Of a stretch of DNA of 26,524 bases, positions 24,695 to 26,524 are shown piece by piece. Source of the stretch: a virus (taxonomy: Duplodnaviria > Caudoviricetes); IMG/VR virus record IMGVR_UViG_3300027467_000528, positions 1 through 26,524 of that record. The stretch is one strand, 5' to 3'. The notes below the pieces were generated by a model that was not told the origin of the DNA, searched no databases, and saw only the letters and a program-made list of their open reading frames with translations. The position numbers were made by a program, and so were the translations under genes. Each line of letters begins with the position of its first letter. Position 1 is the first letter of the stretch.

Positions 24695-26274
24695 CAATTA
24701 AATTCTCAGATATTACTGGTGGAGGTATTCCATATGGTAACACTGCTGGTCGTCCAGCAAATCCAGGAGTAGGTAAATTATACTCAAATGGTGAAGCTCA
24801 AAGACTAGAGCTTTATACACAAAATGGATCGTGGGAGAATATTGTTCAAGAGGTGCCTGGGGTATCTTCTATTAGTGGAGTTTACTCAGAACAAACAAAC
24901 TCTGGAACAATTTTAATATATGGAACAAACTTTGTCAATGGAGCATATGCTACCGCAATTGGATCAAATGGAGTTCAGGTAAATGCTACTTCAACAACGT
25001 TTAACTCTTTAGTTCAATTAACAGCAACATTTACTGGATTATCAAACGCCTATGAGCCTTATGATATTAAGGTAACAAATCCATCTAATTTATTTGGAAT
25101 GCTTCCAGATGCACTTTATATTAATGCCTCACCAGTATGGCAGACTGCAAGTGGGTCACTAGGATCATTTACGGAACAAGTTTCAATTACATTATCTGCA
25201 TTATCTGCAAGTGATTCAGACTCAACAGTTACATACGCTTTAGCATCTGGATCGTCCTTACCTACAGGATTAACATTATCTTCATCTGGAGTAATTTCAG
25301 GAACACTTCCAGATATTTCAGCAAGTACAACATACTCTTTTACTGTTAATGCAACAGATGGATTGAATACCATACCTAGATCATTTAGTTTGTCTTCAAT
25401 ACCTATAGTAAGTTCAGTGGAACTTCTTGTAGTTGGCGGCGGCGGTGGAGGTGGAGCCCAAGTCGGTGGTGGTGGTGGTGCAGGCGGATTAGTTTATGGA
25501 AGCACCTATAACCTTAATACATCAAATTACCTAGTAACTGTCGGTGCAGGAGGATCTGGATCTGGTCAAAGCCCAGCTAGACCTGGTAATTATGGATCAA
25601 GTTCATATTTTGGATCAATTGTAGCTGCAGGCGGAGGTGGTGGAGGTTGTCATAGTTCTGGCAACAGGCCAGCAAGCGGAGATGATGGAATAACTGGTGG
25701 TCAAGGAAGACCAGGAGGTTCTGGTGGCGGTGGCGGTGGAGATAGTTCATCTATTAGTCAGCCTGGAGGTTCATCAAACCAATCTAGTTATGCTGGTGTC
25801 ACATCTTATGGAACTTCAGGTGGTCAAGGAAGAGCAGTCAACTGGGCAGGTGGCGGCGGCGGTGGTGCAGGTAGTGCAGGACAGTCTTCACCATCAGCAT
25901 CAACAGGAGGCGTTGGAGGAAATGGATTACAATATTCAATTACTGGAACTGCTCAATGGTATGCGGCTGGTGGCGGAGGTTGCTACAATAACTCTGGAGG
26001 AACTACTGGAAGAGCTAGCGGTATAGGTGGAGCTGGAAACGGAGATACCCCAAATCAAGATAGAGATGCTGTTGCAAATACAGGTTCTGGTGGCGGTGGA
26101 ATTAGAGATGTTGGAAGTTCTGGAAACGGTGCAAGCGGAGTAGTAATTCTTGCTTACCCAGATACATTTGCAGCACCTAGAAATATTCCTGGAACATTAA
26201 CATATGATACTCCAACTCGTTCTGGATATAGAGTTTATAGGTTTACAGGCGGAACTGGAACAATAACCATCTAA
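24691..26274 (+). CDS. IPT/TIG + putative Ig + glycine-rich adhesin
   Basis: Start reassigned to 24691 (ATGA overlap). N-terminal half closely paralogous to 21187; glycine-rich domain ends GVVILAYP...VYRFT.GTGTITI. Confidence 0.8.
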   Translation: MTIKFSDITGGGIPYGNTAGRPANPGVGKLYSNGEAQRLELYTQNGSWENIVQEVPGVSSISGVYSEQTNSGTILIYGTNFVNGAYATAIGSNGVQVNATSTTFNSLVQLTATFTGLSNAYEPYDIKVTNPSNLFGMLPDALYINASPVWQTASGSLGSFTEQVSITLSALSASDSDSTVTYALASGSSLPTGLTLSSSGVISGTLPDISASTTYSFTVNATDGLNTIPRSFSLSSIPIVSSVELLVVGGGGGGGAQVGGGGGAGGLVYGSTYNLNTSNYLVTVGAGGSGSGQSPARPGNYGSSSYFGSIVAAGGGGGGCHSSGNRPASGDDGITGGQGRPGGSGGGGGGDSSSISQPGGSSNQSSYAGVTSYGTSGGQGRAVNWAGGGGGGAGSAGQSSPSASTGGVGGNGLQYSITGTAQWYAAGGGGCYNNSGGTTGRASGIGGAGNGDTPNQDRDAVANTGSGGGGIRDVGSSGNGASGVVILAYPDTFAAPRNIPGTLTYDTPTRSGYRVYRFTGGTGTITI

Positions 26275-26294
26275 TAGCCTTTAGCACTTATAAT

Positions 26295-26303
26295 TGGTAT
26301 AAT
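26295..26303 (+). promoter_or_regulatory. Extended -10 (TGGTATAAT)
   Basis: Consensus extended -10 followed by AAGGAG and ATG 26320. Confidence 0.6.
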
Positions 26304-26319
26304 AGGCTAAGGAGAATAA

Positions 26320-26524
26320 ATGCCAAATACTAGTAAGGGATTTCCATATCCCACCTCGTCTGATGACCCAAATGTGCCGCAAGATATTCAATTGCTTGCA
26401 CAGGCAGTAGATGCTACCTTAACTAACTATTCACCTACAACCCATACCCATACTGGCGTATATGCTACAACTACCCACACACACGACGGGGTTTATGCAA
26501 ATACTACCCATACCCATAATGAGT
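26320..26524 (+). CDS. Tail fibre protein with His-Thr-His repeats, 3'-truncated (not in the ORF track)
   Basis: Own translation: MPNTSKGFPYPTSSDDPNVPQDIQLLAQAVDATLTNYSPTTHTHTGVYATTTHTHDGVYANTTHTHNE. AAGGAG RBS; open to the window end. Confidence 0.8.
   Translation, partial: MPNTSKGFPYPTSSDDPNVPQDIQLLAQAVDATLTNYSPTTHTHTGVYATTTHTHDGVYANTTHTHNE

Noticed and set aside
549-26026. Alternative-frame and antisense ORFs in the track (e.g. 549-764, 849-1073, 1073-1300, 4295-4573, 5072-5416, 7229-7531, 8761-9222, 22182-22544, 25697-26026)
   Set aside because: They lie within or across well-supported genes and show no recognisable motifs. The Pro-rich ones are simply the antisense of Gly codon runs.
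10620-26100. GGT/GGC/GGA runs as CRISPR or tandem DNA repeats
   Set aside because: They are synonymous-codon-varied polyglycine coding sequence with no repeat-spacer periodicity.
9474-26274. Invertase or shufflon-type tail switching
   Set aside because: All cassettes are on the same strand, and no recombinase or inverted crossover sites were seen.

Overview
This window is a segment of a large, AT-rich tailed-phage genome. The gene content, the leaderless-style genes and the AGAAAGG-type RBSs suggest a phage of a freshwater actinobacterium, but this host assignment is inference. From left to right it holds: a 5'-truncated Hsp20; a structured intergenic element that looks like a small RNA; a holin-like gene plus a CHAP/PG-binding endolysin; a bidirectional terminator; a leftward block of three small ORFs and a membrane-anchored SLT/lysozyme-like protein; a GT4 glycosyltransferase; and a class II (B12-dependent) ribonucleotide reductase. 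About 20 kb of tail-fibre and adhesin-like genes follow, built from recurring modules: two paralogous four-gene cassettes, five glycine-rich (polyglycine-II-type) tip domains, a Kelch-like protein and an Mtd_N-type fibre. A separately promoted four-gene cassette is embedded in this structural array. It encodes a flavin-dependent (tryptophan-halogenase-like) enzyme, a 3-TM protein and two paralogous proteins of possible dUTPase-like fold. The two best candidates for undescribed biology are (i) the ~95-nt putative sRNA with an exposed anti-Shine-Dalgarno loop and a 3' pseudoknot, and (ii) the halogenase cassette as a possible virion or fibre modification system. All family calls are by motif recognition only; no searches were run.
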